Positions 9,507-19,090 of a DNA stretch of 64,000 nt are shown here, piece by piece. The notes beneath the pieces are model-generated. The model made no database searches. It saw only the letters and a list, made by a program, of their open reading frames with translations, and had not been told where the DNA came from. Numbering within the stretch: the first letter of the stretch is position 1; the number at the start of each line of letters is the position of its first letter. The stretch covers positions 88,994-152,993 of the forward strand of contig NZ_JBEMAR010000003.1 of assembly GCF_040274945.1 (NCBI RefSeq). Direction: 5' to 3'. Made by a program: the position numbers and the translations under genes. Origin of the DNA: Carnobacterium sp. GTDB lineage: Bacteria; Bacillota; Bacilli; Lactobacillales; Carnobacteriaceae.

Positions 9507-10405
9507 CCAGATTATTAACTTATTATAAAGAGATGTACCCACTGATTCCGCGATTACTATTAGCGATCATCTACTTTTTTGAAATCTACTTTATCTTACT
9601 CCTCAACGTAGGAAAGTCAGATTTTTCAATAGGAATACAAGAATGGACCGGAGTTTGGACAATATTTACTTTTTTGATGGCACTTAGGATCGCAGATGAT
9701 TTTAAAGACTACGAACACGATCAACGACTATTTCCAGATCGGGCATTGCCTTCTGGGAGAGTTAAGAAACGTGATTTAGCTATTGCTTTAGCTGTCATGG
9801 TCACGATCACTGTTGTGCTCAATGTCTTCTTTATGAATAATATAGGCTGGTTTCTCTTTTTATTCATTTATGGAACCTTGATGTCGCTGTGGTTTTTCAG
9901 CAAAGTCAAAATTCAAAAATCATTGCCTTTAGCACTGGTTACCCATAATCCTGTGATGATGGTCATGAATATCTATATCATCACATTCGTTTGTTACAAA
10001 TATCAATTGCCATTGCTGTCATTACCTACTGTCCTGCTGGCATTTACGATGTATTTCCCAAGCTTGATATGGGAAATCAGCCGTAAAATAAGAGCACCCA
10101 AAGACGAGACAGAATATGTGACTTATTCTCAACTCTTCACTTATCAAAAAGCCACACGTTTCGTTCAAGTGCTGACAATCATTGATATTTTAACGAATTT
10201 TATTCTTCTTTGGAATATTTCAAAAATCGGTGTTGTTGTTCTATTGGCAAATGTCATCTGGATGACGATTCAATTTCAACAGTTCATTCATGATCCGACT
10301 CGTTTCAGTATCAAAGATCGAGTGGAACGCTATACCTATATTACAGAAACAACGATGGTTCTTTCGGTTGCAGCTCATCTATTTATCCAGGGGTTTGTCC
10401 GATGA
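9500..10405 (+). CDS. UbiA-prenyltransferase-like membrane protein
   Basis: Asp-rich RIADDFKDYEHD...PDRALPSG motif and about 8 TM segments. Confidence 0.75.
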   Translation: MLTRLLTYYKEMYPLIPRLLLAIIYFFEIYFILLLNVGKSDFSIGIQEWTGVWTIFTFLMALRIADDFKDYEHDQRLFPDRALPSGRVKKRDLAIALAVMVTITVVLNVFFMNNIGWFLFLFIYGTLMSLWFFSKVKIQKSLPLALVTHNPVMMVMNIYIITFVCYKYQLPLLSLPTVLLAFTMYFPSLIWEISRKIRAPKDETEYVTYSQLFTYQKATRFVQVLTIIDILTNFILLWNISKIGVVVLLANVIWMTIQFQQFIHDPTRFSIKDRVERYTYITETTMVLSVAAHLFIQGFVR

Positions 10406-12903
10406 AACAACTCACTCACTTAAGTCGTCATTTAGTAGGTTCAAAAGCGTATAATTTACATCTAATGAAAAAGCAGGGTCTCGTTGTTCCTCCTTTTTCA
10501 GTTTTTTCGTTTGATCTCTTTGATCAAACAGATGTACATACCTTCTTGAAGGAACAACAAGCAGCAGATCAAACAGGAAACGATACATTGAATAAATTGA
10601 GTCAACGATTGCAGCAGGAGTTTAAGGCGAAATTTTTGCAAGAGGATTTTTCAGCTATCCATGAATTTAGCAGGAACGCTTCTGACAACCATACTTACTC
10701 TGTACGCTCTTCAGCAAACGTTGAAGATGAGGCCTCTGCCTCATTCGCAGGACAATTCTCTACGCGTTTGTTTGTTGAAGCGAACGATTTAGTTGAAGCT
10801 GTAGAAGAAACTCTTTTGTCGTTGTATCAGCCCTCTGCACTGAGTTACTACTTGGAACAGGGCATTTCGTTAGAAGCTGTTAAATTATACGTCATTCTCC
10901 AAGATATGATTGCGGGAGATCTATCTGGGGTCTATTTTACTGCAAATCCTCAAGGGTTGTTGAACGAACACTTAATTGTTGTCGGCTTTGGCGTTGGCAG
11001 CGGCATTGTGGAAGATAAAGTGGATACAACGATGGTTACGATCCATTCGGATGATCAATTGTCTTACTTTGAAACATCTGGTGCGTCTCCAACCTTAACA
11101 GAGAAACAACAAGTAGATTTAGAAGCCATGGCGAAAAAAGCCACCGATATTTTTGGTCCGCGAATGGATATCGAATTTACATTTTTAGATGACCAACTCT
11201 ATGTTTTACAAGCAAGACCTATCACAAAAATGCCTACAGAACCGGTCATTATTTTAGACAACAGCAATATTGTGGAGAGTTATCCCGGAACAACGACTCC
11301 TTTGACTTTTAGTTTTATTCAAGAAGCCTATGGGAGTATTTTTAGAGGTCTGGCCAAACGCATGCTGAAAAATGATACACAGACACTTCAATCATTTGAG
11401 CCCACTTTTCAAAATATGATCGCTCAAGTCAATAGCCGGGTCTATTATCAAATCACTAATTGGTACAAATTACTTCATCTTCTGCCCTTTTCTAAGCAGA
11501 TCATCCCTATTTGGCAAGATATGTTAGGTGTTCAAGCCACCGATATCTCTGCAATTACAGTAAAAATCAGTCGCTCAACTCGACTGAAAATCATGGGACG
11601 CATCATTAAGAGTTTCATCCAAGCGCCTCGTTCAATGAAACAACTCGATTCGGATTTTGAAGCGATTTCTGAACATTTCAATCAAACGTATACGCGAGAG
11701 GCTTCATTTGAAGAACTTCATCAATTATTTGAGCAGATCAAACGACAAGTATTGGAACAATGGGATGTCACTTTGATCAATGATCTCTATGCGTTTGTTT
11801 ATACTGGGCTGTTAAAAAAAGTCTGTCCGCCTGAAGAAGTTCAAGAGGAAATAGCCGGGATCGAACAAATTGAAAGTATGAAGCCAGTGTTTGAACTTAA
11901 TAAAATCATTTATACCATTCAGGAAGAACAACATAGCGACTATCGAAAAATAATTGAAAGCATTTCTTCGGAACTTGCAGCTGATTTTATTGAGACAGAT
12001 TTGCATCCAATCACACAAGATATCCGACGTTTCATTCAACAATTTGGAGATCGAGCTCCAGAAGAATTAAAATTAGAGACGGCAACCTTTCGTAGTCATC
12101 CTTTTTCATTAATTCAACTGATCCAACAGCAATTGGAATTGCCGCAAACAGCGATGCGTACCGAATCTAAAGCAACGGCAACAAACAAATCACGGAATCC
12201 ATTGGTGAATGGGCTGAAGAAACGCGCTATGACAGGGATCAAATACAGAGAAAGTTCTCGCTTGAATCGTACGCGAATTTACGGAATGATGCGACTCATC
12301 TTTATCACTATGGGCGAGCAGTTGGTAAAAGAAAACCGTCTTGAGCAATCAGAGGATGTGTTTTATTTAACGATGACTGAACTTTTCGATTTGGCTAGCC
12401 ATAGAGATCTTTCAAATATGCAAACAGAGATACAAAAACGGAAGCATAAACGATTAGTAGATCAGCAATTACCTGCATTCAGCCGGTTGATCTATGCTGG
12501 AAGTATTTTCGAAAAATATCCACAAACGATCAATCAGCAGCAGACAGTCTCGACCAACCAGCAGGACTTCCAAGGAATCGGTTGTTCAAAAGGCATAGTT
12601 CGAGGGCAAGTTTTAGTTGTCGAAGATATTCAAGCCGTTAATGTTCAGCAATCCTATAATAAAATTATCGTCACAAAAATGACGGATCCAGGATGGGTGT
12701 ATTTACTGACCCAAGCAAAAGGGATCATTGCGGAAAAAGGCTCGTTATTATCTCATACAGCAATCATCTCTCGCGAATTAGGTATTCCTTCTGTCGTCAA
12801 TGTCCAACAAGCCACACAACAACTAACGACTGGAGAATGGATTGAAATAAACGGACAGACCGGCCTGATCAAACGTTTGGAGGATGAAAATGATTACTCA
12901 TAA
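10402..12903 (+). CDS. PEP-synthase/rifampin-phosphotransferase-like dikinase B
   Basis: VGSKAYNL, VRSSANVED..SASFAGQF, DIEF, LQARPIT, NIVESYPG, TDPGW, GSLLSHTAIISRELGIP. Confidence 0.85.
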   Translation: MKQLTHLSRHLVGSKAYNLHLMKKQGLVVPPFSVFSFDLFDQTDVHTFLKEQQAADQTGNDTLNKLSQRLQQEFKAKFLQEDFSAIHEFSRNASDNHTYSVRSSANVEDEASASFAGQFSTRLFVEANDLVEAVEETLLSLYQPSALSYYLEQGISLEAVKLYVILQDMIAGDLSGVYFTANPQGLLNEHLIVVGFGVGSGIVEDKVDTTMVTIHSDDQLSYFETSGASPTLTEKQQVDLEAMAKKATDIFGPRMDIEFTFLDDQLYVLQARPITKMPTEPVIILDNSNIVESYPGTTTPLTFSFIQEAYGSIFRGLAKRMLKNDTQTLQSFEPTFQNMIAQVNSRVYYQITNWYKLLHLLPFSKQIIPIWQDMLGVQATDISAITVKISRSTRLKIMGRIIKSFIQAPRSMKQLDSDFEAISEHFNQTYTREASFEELHQLFEQIKRQVLEQWDVTLINDLYAFVYTGLLKKVCPPEEVQEEIAGIEQIESMKPVFELNKIIYTIQEEQHSDYRKIIESISSELAADFIETDLHPITQDIRRFIQQFGDRAPEELKLETATFRSHPFSLIQLIQQQLELPQTAMRTESKATATNKSRNPLVNGLKKRAMTGIKYRESSRLNRTRIYGMMRLIFITMGEQLVKENRLEQSEDVFYLTMTELFDLASHRDLSNMQTEIQKRKHKRLVDQQLPAFSRLIYAGSIFEKYPQTINQQQTVSTNQQDFQGIGCSKGIVRGQVLVVEDIQAVNVQQSYNKIIVTKMTDPGWVYLLTQAKGIIAEKGSLLSHTAIISRELGIPSVVNVQQATQQLTTGEWIEINGQTGLIKRLEDENDYS

Positions 12904-13975
12904 TTCTTTAAAAATCATTCCAGTGTTTTCAGGTGAAAAATCAGAAACCGATTTCCTGCAATTCCCACAACGAATTTATAAAAAAGAGGAATTGATGCAA
13001 TCCGTCTCAGAGGAACAAGCACAGATCAGTGGACAGCATCCGTTGAGTCCAACCTATACTTTCCAAGCATTCAATGGTTACCAAGAGGGTCAAATGGTAA
13101 TTCGCGGGGCTCTAATAAAACCGCATCACTTGGAAGACTATTACTTAGGGTATTTTGAAGCAGTAGATGATGTAACCGTCATGATTCAGTTTATCCAAAC
13201 ACTGAGTGAAAAAGTACGAGACAAAAATGTGCAGCGCATCATTGGTCCTGTTCAAGGAAGTTTCTGGCTAGGCTATCGAATGAAAGTTAAAGGATTTGAA
13301 CGAGCACCATTTACGAGTGAACCGCACAATCCATCGTATTATCCGAAGTTATGGCAAGCGGCCGGTTTTAAAGAGGTCGAACACTACACGTCAAATTTTT
13401 ATCGTTCGATTCCACCTCAATATGAATCAAAAAAACTAGCCAAACGTTATCATTTATTTGTGGAAAAAGGTTATCGTTTTGTTTCTCCTAAACCAGAAGA
13501 TTGGCCAACCGTTTCGCTTGAAGTCTTTAAACTTTTAAGAGTACTCTACAAAGACTTTCCATTGTATCAAGAGGTTACAGCTGAACAATTCAGTCAAATT
13601 TTTGCCGATTTAAAACAAGTGATCGATTTTTCTATGGTGAAGTTGGCCTATAAAGATCAGCAGCTCGTTGGCTTTTTGATTACTTTGCCGGATTATGGCA
13701 ATTTGATTTATCAAAAAATGAATCTACTAAATCTAGCGAAAATTATCTATAAAAAATGGCGTGCTAAACGTTATATCATTCTGTATTTAGGTGTAGACTC
13801 TAAGCATCTGGGTTTGGGATTGGCGATGTCCTATCCGGTTTTCAAACAGGTAAAACAACGCAAAGCAGAAGTAGTTGCTGCATTGATCCATGAAAATACG
13901 GTAACAAACCGATATGTGACAGAGATGCAGGAAGATTCTCATGCTTACAGCTTATGGATGCTGGAATTAAAGTAA
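12890..13975 (+). CDS. GNAT-fold (YghO-like) protein
   Basis: IIGP, PFTSEPHNPSYYPKLWQAAGF, YLGVDSKHLGLG (motif A-like). Start at ATG 12890 with GGAGG 6 nt upstream. Confidence 0.6.
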   Translation: MITHNSLKIIPVFSGEKSETDFLQFPQRIYKKEELMQSVSEEQAQISGQHPLSPTYTFQAFNGYQEGQMVIRGALIKPHHLEDYYLGYFEAVDDVTVMIQFIQTLSEKVRDKNVQRIIGPVQGSFWLGYRMKVKGFERAPFTSEPHNPSYYPKLWQAAGFKEVEHYTSNFYRSIPPQYESKKLAKRYHLFVEKGYRFVSPKPEDWPTVSLEVFKLLRVLYKDFPLYQEVTAEQFSQIFADLKQVIDFSMVKLAYKDQQLVGFLITLPDYGNLIYQKMNLLNLAKIIYKKWRAKRYIILYLGVDSKHLGLGLAMSYPVFKQVKQRKAEVVAALIHENTVTNRYVTEMQEDSHAYSLWMLELK

Positions 13976-14044
13976 ACAAAGCTGGGGCGAAATTTAGAAA
14001 AATCAAACAATCTCACCAATCATATGATGTGCTTTACTGCATAA

Positions 14045-14077
14045 AAAGACCCCAAAAGCTAAGCTTTTGGGGTCTTT
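14045..14077. terminator. Bidirectional terminator ending the lipid operon
   Basis: AAAGACCCCAAAAGC-TAA-GCTTTTGGGGTCTTT. Confidence 0.85.
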
Positions 14078-14084
14078 GGCTTAA

Positions 14085-14738
14085 TTATTTTAAATTACGG
14101 ACAGCTTCTTCAACAGCTGTATTACCAGATAGAACTTCAAATTCTTGTTTGATCGTGTTGTCATTATGAAGTACCGAAATCAACGTTTTAGCTATATCTT
14201 GGCGTGGAACTTCATTAATGTCTTGTCCCATACCAACTTTTATTTGATTAGTACCAGGTTCATCAACTAGTATACCAGGATGCACAATCGTCCAATCTAG
14301 ATCTGTACGATTTTTTAACCATTCATCCGCATAGTTTTTTGCGATGGTGTAAATTTGTAAATCCTGTTCTTGAGACATGGCTTCACGTCCAGTACGGAAT
14401 GTGCTGACCATAACAAAACGTTTAACGCCAGCTTGTTCTGCAGCCGTCATTGCTTTAATGGCTCCATCTAAGTCAATCAAAATGGTTTTGTCCAAACCAC
14501 TTCCACCAGCTCCAGCACTGAAGATAACTGCATCGACATTTTTCATAGCGTCTGCCAATTCATCTACTGAATTTTTAACAAGATCTAAGAGAACCGTTTC
14601 AATTCCTCGTTCTTCGAAGAAACTAACTTGTTCAGCCTTACGGATCATTGCGATTTCTTCAATAGCAGAATCCTCTTTAGCAAAATCTGCAAAATGACGA
14701 GCTACTTTCCCATTGGCACCTACAACTAATACTTTCAT
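14085..14738 (-). CDS. NAD(P)H-binding atypical SDR (YhfK-like)
   Basis: VLVVGANGKVA, DAVIFSAGAG, IDLDGA, KRFVMVS, WTIVHPG. Confidence 0.85.
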   Translation of the reverse strand: MKVLVVGANGKVARHFADFAKEDSAIEEIAMIRKAEQVSFFEERGIETVLLDLVKNSVDELADAMKNVDAVIFSAGAGGSGLDKTILIDLDGAIKAMTAAEQAGVKRFVMVSTFRTGREAMSQEQDLQIYTIAKNYADEWLKNRTDLDWTIVHPGILVDEPGTNQIKVGMGQDINEVPRQDIAKTLISVLHNDNTIKQEFEVLSGNTAVEEAVRNLK

Positions 14739-14793
14739 TAAAAAACTCCTCTCAATAAATAATTCAACTTACAATTAGTATAACGCATATCAC

Positions 14794-15492
14794 TTACTTT
14801 TTGTTGTATTGTGAACTAAACACTGGCATAACCTGATCGTCACCATAAGTTTCGATAAGCGGCAACTCGTTTAACATATTCATATCCTCTTCAGAGATTG
14901 TAAAGTCGATATCAGCATTCGATTTCATATGATCCTTATTCGTCGTTTTAGGTAAAGCAACTGTGCCTAATTGCAAGACATAGCGAATACTTAATTGAGC
15001 AGGTGAAGCCTGATACTTTTCAGCCATCGCTTTAACAACTGGATGATCAAGAATAGCTCCGTGAGCAATTGGTGAGTATGCTTCGACAATGATGTCTTGA
15101 CTTTGACAATACTCAATGACGTCAGTTGGAACATTTGTAATGTGTGCAAGAACTTGGTTTACCATTGGTGTGACTTTTCCGTTAGTGATCAAGTTTTCCA
15201 AGTCTACTTGCTCGAAATTAGATACACCGATTGCACGTAATTTTCCTGCTTCATACGCTTCTTCTAAGGCGCGCCAAGCTTCTAAGTTTCCTTCGAAGTA
15301 ATGGTTGCCATCACGGAAATTTGCCCAAGGCTGCGGACTATGAATAATCATTAAGTCGATATAATCCACATTTAAACGTTCAAGTGATTTCTCGATTGCT
15401 TTGACTGCTTCATTATCTATCATCCAAGTTCCTAAACCTAATTTAGGAATTTCAACTCCATTTGCTAATGTATACGTTTCGTTTACTACCAT
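14794..15492 (-). pseudogene. Aldo/keto reductase with an in-frame internal deletion
   Basis: AKR start (NGVEIPKLGLGTW) is joined directly to AIEKSLERLNVDYIDLMIIHSP. The segment carrying GYRHIDTA..Y..E and the catalytic Lys is missing; only 232 aa. Confidence 0.7.
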
Positions 15493-15533
15493 TTTCAGTT
15501 CCTTCTTTCTATCTCTTTTTATTTTTCAACAGA

Positions 15534-16097
15534 TTAATGAAAGACGATTTCTTTAGTGATTCTCGCAGGTGTACCCGCAACAATCACATTGTCTGGTACA
15601 TCTTTAGTGACTGTAGCATCTGCTGCAACAATAGCATTTTTGCCAATCGTTACGCCAGCCAGAACGGTTGCGTTTGCTCCGATCCAAGCATTCTCTTTAA
15701 TTCGAATCGAATCTACGATGATTCCTCTTCTTTTTGCTGGATCCACCAAATGATTCACTGTGAGCAAACGCGCGCCAGGTCCAATCAAGACGTTATCTTC
15801 AAGAAAAATACCGCCTAAATCGACAAACGTGACGTTTTGATTGATAAAAATATTTTTCCCAAATGAAATGTGTTTTCCAAAGTCTGTGTAAAAAGGCAAC
15901 GATACAGTAACCGAAGAATCAATCGATTCCCCCGTAATTTTTTCAAGAGAAGTTCGAACCTCTGCGGGAGTATGGTAACCGGTATTCAATTCCATGACTA
16001 ACCTTTCGTTTCCTGCCTTCTGCTCATGTATTTCTTCAAAATAAGAGGATCCTTTCACTATTTCTTTCCTAATAATTCGGCTTAATAAGTCTTTCAT
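15534..16097 (-). CDS. Sugar O-acetyltransferase (maltose/galactoside acetyltransferase family)
   Basis: PFYTDFGKHI, hexapeptide repeats, WIGANATVLAGVTIG, VAGTPAR. Confidence 0.85.
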   Translation of the reverse strand: MKDLLSRIIRKEIVKGSSYFEEIHEQKAGNERLVMELNTGYHTPAEVRTSLEKITGESIDSSVTVSLPFYTDFGKHISFGKNIFINQNVTFVDLGGIFLEDNVLIGPGARLLTVNHLVDPAKRRGIIVDSIRIKENAWIGANATVLAGVTIGKNAIVAADATVTKDVPDNVIVAGTPARITKEIVFH

Positions 16098-16221
16098 AGC
16101 TCTTCACCACCTATATCGTTATTTCTTGTTAAACCCATCATACTAAGATAAACTGAATCTGACTAATACTTATATAGCATACGCAGCTATGCTTTTTAAC
16201 TATACATAGGAGGGATACATA

Positions 16222-17097
16222 TTGGATTTTCGTGTATTAAATTATTTTTTGACGGTGGCTCAAGAAAAAACAATTAGTAAAGCAGCAGAATCCTTACATT
16301 TGTCTCAACCGACCTTATCTAAGCAACTAAAAGAACTGGAAGAAGAATTAGGCGTTCGATTATTTACTCGCGGAAACCGCGAAATAACCTTAACTGAAGA
16401 TGGACACTATTTGGTGAACCGTGGTAAAGAGATCCTTTCATTAGTCGACACCACAATGACAAACTTATCGAGTAAAGAAACGATCAGCGGGAAAATCGTT
16501 GTTGGCGGTGGCGAAACCAAAGCCATGCAATTTATAGCTGAAAGTGTACGTGTCTTAACTGAAGAATATCCTGATGTAAAAATCCATTTATATAGTGGAA
16601 ATGCAGACGATGTTTCTGAGAAATTGGACAAAGGGATCTTGGATTTTGGGATCGTCATAGATCCAGTAGAAAAGAAAAAATACGATTACTTAAGACTGCC
16701 TAGAACCGATCAATGGGGTATTTTATTCTACAAAGACCATCCTTATGCAAAAAAAGAAGCTATCTTACCTGAAGATCTAAAGTCTCTTTCGCTCTTTGTT
16801 TCAAGCCAATCTTTAGTTGATGATCAAATCGGTGAATGGCTAGGGAAAAATCTCGACAGTCAACAAATCATCGGCACCTATAACCTTTTGTATAATGCCT
16901 CGATCATGATAAAAGAAGGTATAGGTTGCGCACTATGTATTGATGGGATCATAAACACTCAAGGAACAGATTTAACATTTGTTCCACTAAAACCCAATTT
17001 GGAGGCTAGCTTAAATATAATATGGAAAAAGAATGCTATTCTTTCAAAAGCAGCAGCTGTATTCATAAAAACGATTCAAACTTCTATCCGTTTGTAG
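16222..17097 (+). CDS. LysR-family regulator
   Basis: ISKAAESLHLSQPTLSKQLKELEEELGVRLF HTH; divergent from the acetyltransferase/AKR/SDR genes. Confidence 0.95.
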   Translation: MDFRVLNYFLTVAQEKTISKAAESLHLSQPTLSKQLKELEEELGVRLFTRGNREITLTEDGHYLVNRGKEILSLVDTTMTNLSSKETISGKIVVGGGETKAMQFIAESVRVLTEEYPDVKIHLYSGNADDVSEKLDKGILDFGIVIDPVEKKKYDYLRLPRTDQWGILFYKDHPYAKKEAILPEDLKSLSLFVSSQSLVDDQIGEWLGKNLDSQQIIGTYNLLYNASIMIKEGIGCALCIDGIINTQGTDLTFVPLKPNLEASLNIIWKKNAILSKAAAVFIKTIQTSIRL

Positions 17098-17161
17098 CAG
17101 CCTTCCAATATACTATCGTCATTCTATTACCCATTCCTAATTAGAAAGGATCTATTCAAAA

Positions 17162-17731
17162 ATGGAAATCGAAAATGCGCTTACTATTACGAACAGACAA
17201 GACTTAAGAAATTGGCTTGCGGTACACTCATCTACAGAAAGCTTTTGTTGGGTAGTTATCAATAAGACTGAAACCTCAGAAGTTGTTCAGTATCTAGACA
17301 TCGTTGAAGAAGCTTTATGTTTTGGTTGGATCGATGGCATCAAGAAAAAAATCTCCGAGAAGGAATCTGCTCAACGAATTTCTCCAAGAAGGAAAAAAAG
17401 CAACTGGACAGAATTAAATAAAGAGCGTGTAAGAAGATTAGAAAAACTGGGTTTAATGACAGAAGCAGGCTTGAAAGTTCTTCCGGATATGCGTCCTGAA
17501 TCATTTATCATCGATCAAATAATTGAAACTCGTTTAAAAGAAGATGACCAAGTTTATCAGAATTTTCTTAGCTTCCCTGAACTCTACAGAAGAATCAGAA
17601 TCGACAACATTCAAGGCTATAAAAATGATCCAGAACTTTTTAATAGACGATTGGATAAATTTATTGAAAGTACCAGAGCAAATAAACTTTATGGACAGTG
17701 GCATGACAATGGTCGGCTGCTCAATTATTGA
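17162..17731 (+). CDS. YdeI/OmpD-associated (OmdA) family protein
   Basis: EALCFGWIDG, SPRRKKSNWTELNKERV..L...GLMTEAG. Confidence 0.85.
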   Translation: MEIENALTITNRQDLRNWLAVHSSTESFCWVVINKTETSEVVQYLDIVEEALCFGWIDGIKKKISEKESAQRISPRRKKSNWTELNKERVRRLEKLGLMTEAGLKVLPDMRPESFIIDQIIETRLKEDDQVYQNFLSFPELYRRIRIDNIQGYKNDPELFNRRLDKFIESTRANKLYGQWHDNGRLLNY

Positions 17732-17737
17732 TAAAAT

Positions 17738-17772
17738 AAAAAACGCAGACAATAAAATCATCTGCGTTTTTT
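17738..17772. terminator. Bidirectional terminator
   Basis: AAAAAACGCAGA ... TCTGCGTTTTTT. Confidence 0.7.
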
Positions 17773-17814
17773 AGATAATTGCCATTTTTATGTTTAACGA
17801 ACAGATAAACAGTG

Positions 17815-18966
17815 TTAACTTGGTTTGGATAATATACGTACTCGTTTAACAGAAGGAATATCCTGAATTTTTTTTGCAACAGGTTCTATTCGGTCAAAAC
17901 TTTCTTCTAAATCAATCAGCATATAGTCGTATCCATCTTTTCCATTACTGGTCATGTTTCCAATTTTAAGGTTTTCTTGGTCCAAATAGTTCATGATTTT
18001 GGACCATGCTTTTCTAGTTTTTTGATAAAAAATGGTAAGACGGTATGGGGACTGAAACACAAGACGAGTAGCTGGAAAGTTGACAGATTCTCTAACCGTT
18101 CCAAATAATAAAAAATTACGCAATGCTCTTACAGCGAGTCGGTCTCCACCCTTTAGAGCTTCCTGAGTAGTTCCACCAATATGGGGAAGCATTAAGATAT
18201 TCGGGTGTCCAATATATTCTTCTTGAGGAAAATCAGTAATGTACCCGGCTATGATTTCATCCTGCAAGACTTTCAATATTCCTGTATTGTTCACGATCGG
18301 GTCACGTCCAAAATTGAGCAAATAGGCTCCTTTTTTCATTTGACTCAATTTTTCTTCCGTTAGTAAATCTCTGGTTTCATTAGTCAACGGCAGAACAACG
18401 ACGACAAAATCTGAAAGATGAAGCAATTCATCTAAATCGACTTGATTTACATAATCAATATCATGTTCCCGTCTAGCGTAGCCCAATACTTCCATTCCTA
18501 AATCATAACAGCTTCTAGCAATTTGGGTGCCGATAGCCCCCATTCCTAGTAAGCCAATTGTTTTTCCTTGAAGTTCTTGCCCAACGTAGTCTGAGCGTTT
18601 GGATTCTGCTTGTCCAAGTATATCCGGACCTTTAAGTGTGCGAACCATTTCCGCTGCTGTCGCAACAGGACGTACCGTTAAAAAGAGGCAAGCCAAAACC
18701 AATTCTTTAACTGCATTTGCATTGACCCCTGGCGTGTTCAAAACAGCTGTTCCATTTTCAGTAGCAGCTTCTAGATTGATTGTATTGACACCGACACCTG
18801 ATCGAGAAATAACCAATAGTTCTTCTGTGATCGCTTCATCAGGAACGTTGGAACTTCGAACTAAGATTCCTTCAGTCTCTTTCTCTTGGCTAATTTCAAA
18901 GTTTGGTTGCTGCAATCTAGCGATAAGTCCATCAGGAATTGAATCAATCAGTCGTAACTTATACAT
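17815..18966 (-). CDS. 3-phosphoglycerate dehydrogenase-like 2-hydroxyacid dehydrogenase with C-terminal ACT-like domain
   Basis: RSGVGVN, NTPGVNANAVKEL, GLLGMGAIG, NFGR, PHIGGTTQEA, SVNFP. Start moved to ATG 18966 because the ORF-track extension overlaps the divergent gene. Confidence 0.8.
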   Translation of the reverse strand: MYKLRLIDSIPDGLIARLQQPNFEISQEKETEGILVRSSNVPDEAITEELLVISRSGVGVNTINLEAATENGTAVLNTPGVNANAVKELVLACLFLTVRPVATAAEMVRTLKGPDILGQAESKRSDYVGQELQGKTIGLLGMGAIGTQIARSCYDLGMEVLGYARREHDIDYVNQVDLDELLHLSDFVVVVLPLTNETRDLLTEEKLSQMKKGAYLLNFGRDPIVNNTGILKVLQDEIIAGYITDFPQEEYIGHPNILMLPHIGGTTQEALKGGDRLAVRALRNFLLFGTVRESVNFPATRLVFQSPYRLTIFYQKTRKAWSKIMNYLDQENLKIGNMTSNGKDGYDYMLIDLEESFDRIEPVAKKIQDIPSVKRVRILSKPS

Positions 18967-19090
18967 ATAGCTCTGCCCCGTTTCTTCTACTGTCTCGTTC
19001 TCGTAGTCATGCAATGAATCATATTTTGAACTGTTGCTTTTTATTTTATCATTCGATACACTAAAAGAAAAGATGGAGAGGTTTGAGGCT

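Noticed and set aside
5505-12903. Calling the dikinases PEP synthase (ppsA) or rifampin resistance (rph)
   Set aside because: The domain order excludes classical PpsA. The lipid-operon context and lack of evidence for rifamycin specificity argue against a resistance call.
4879-13975. Complete archaeal ether-lipid pathway
   Set aside because: No GGGP synthase, G1P dehydrogenase or polyprenyl synthase is present in the window, so only the downstream enzyme types can be supported.
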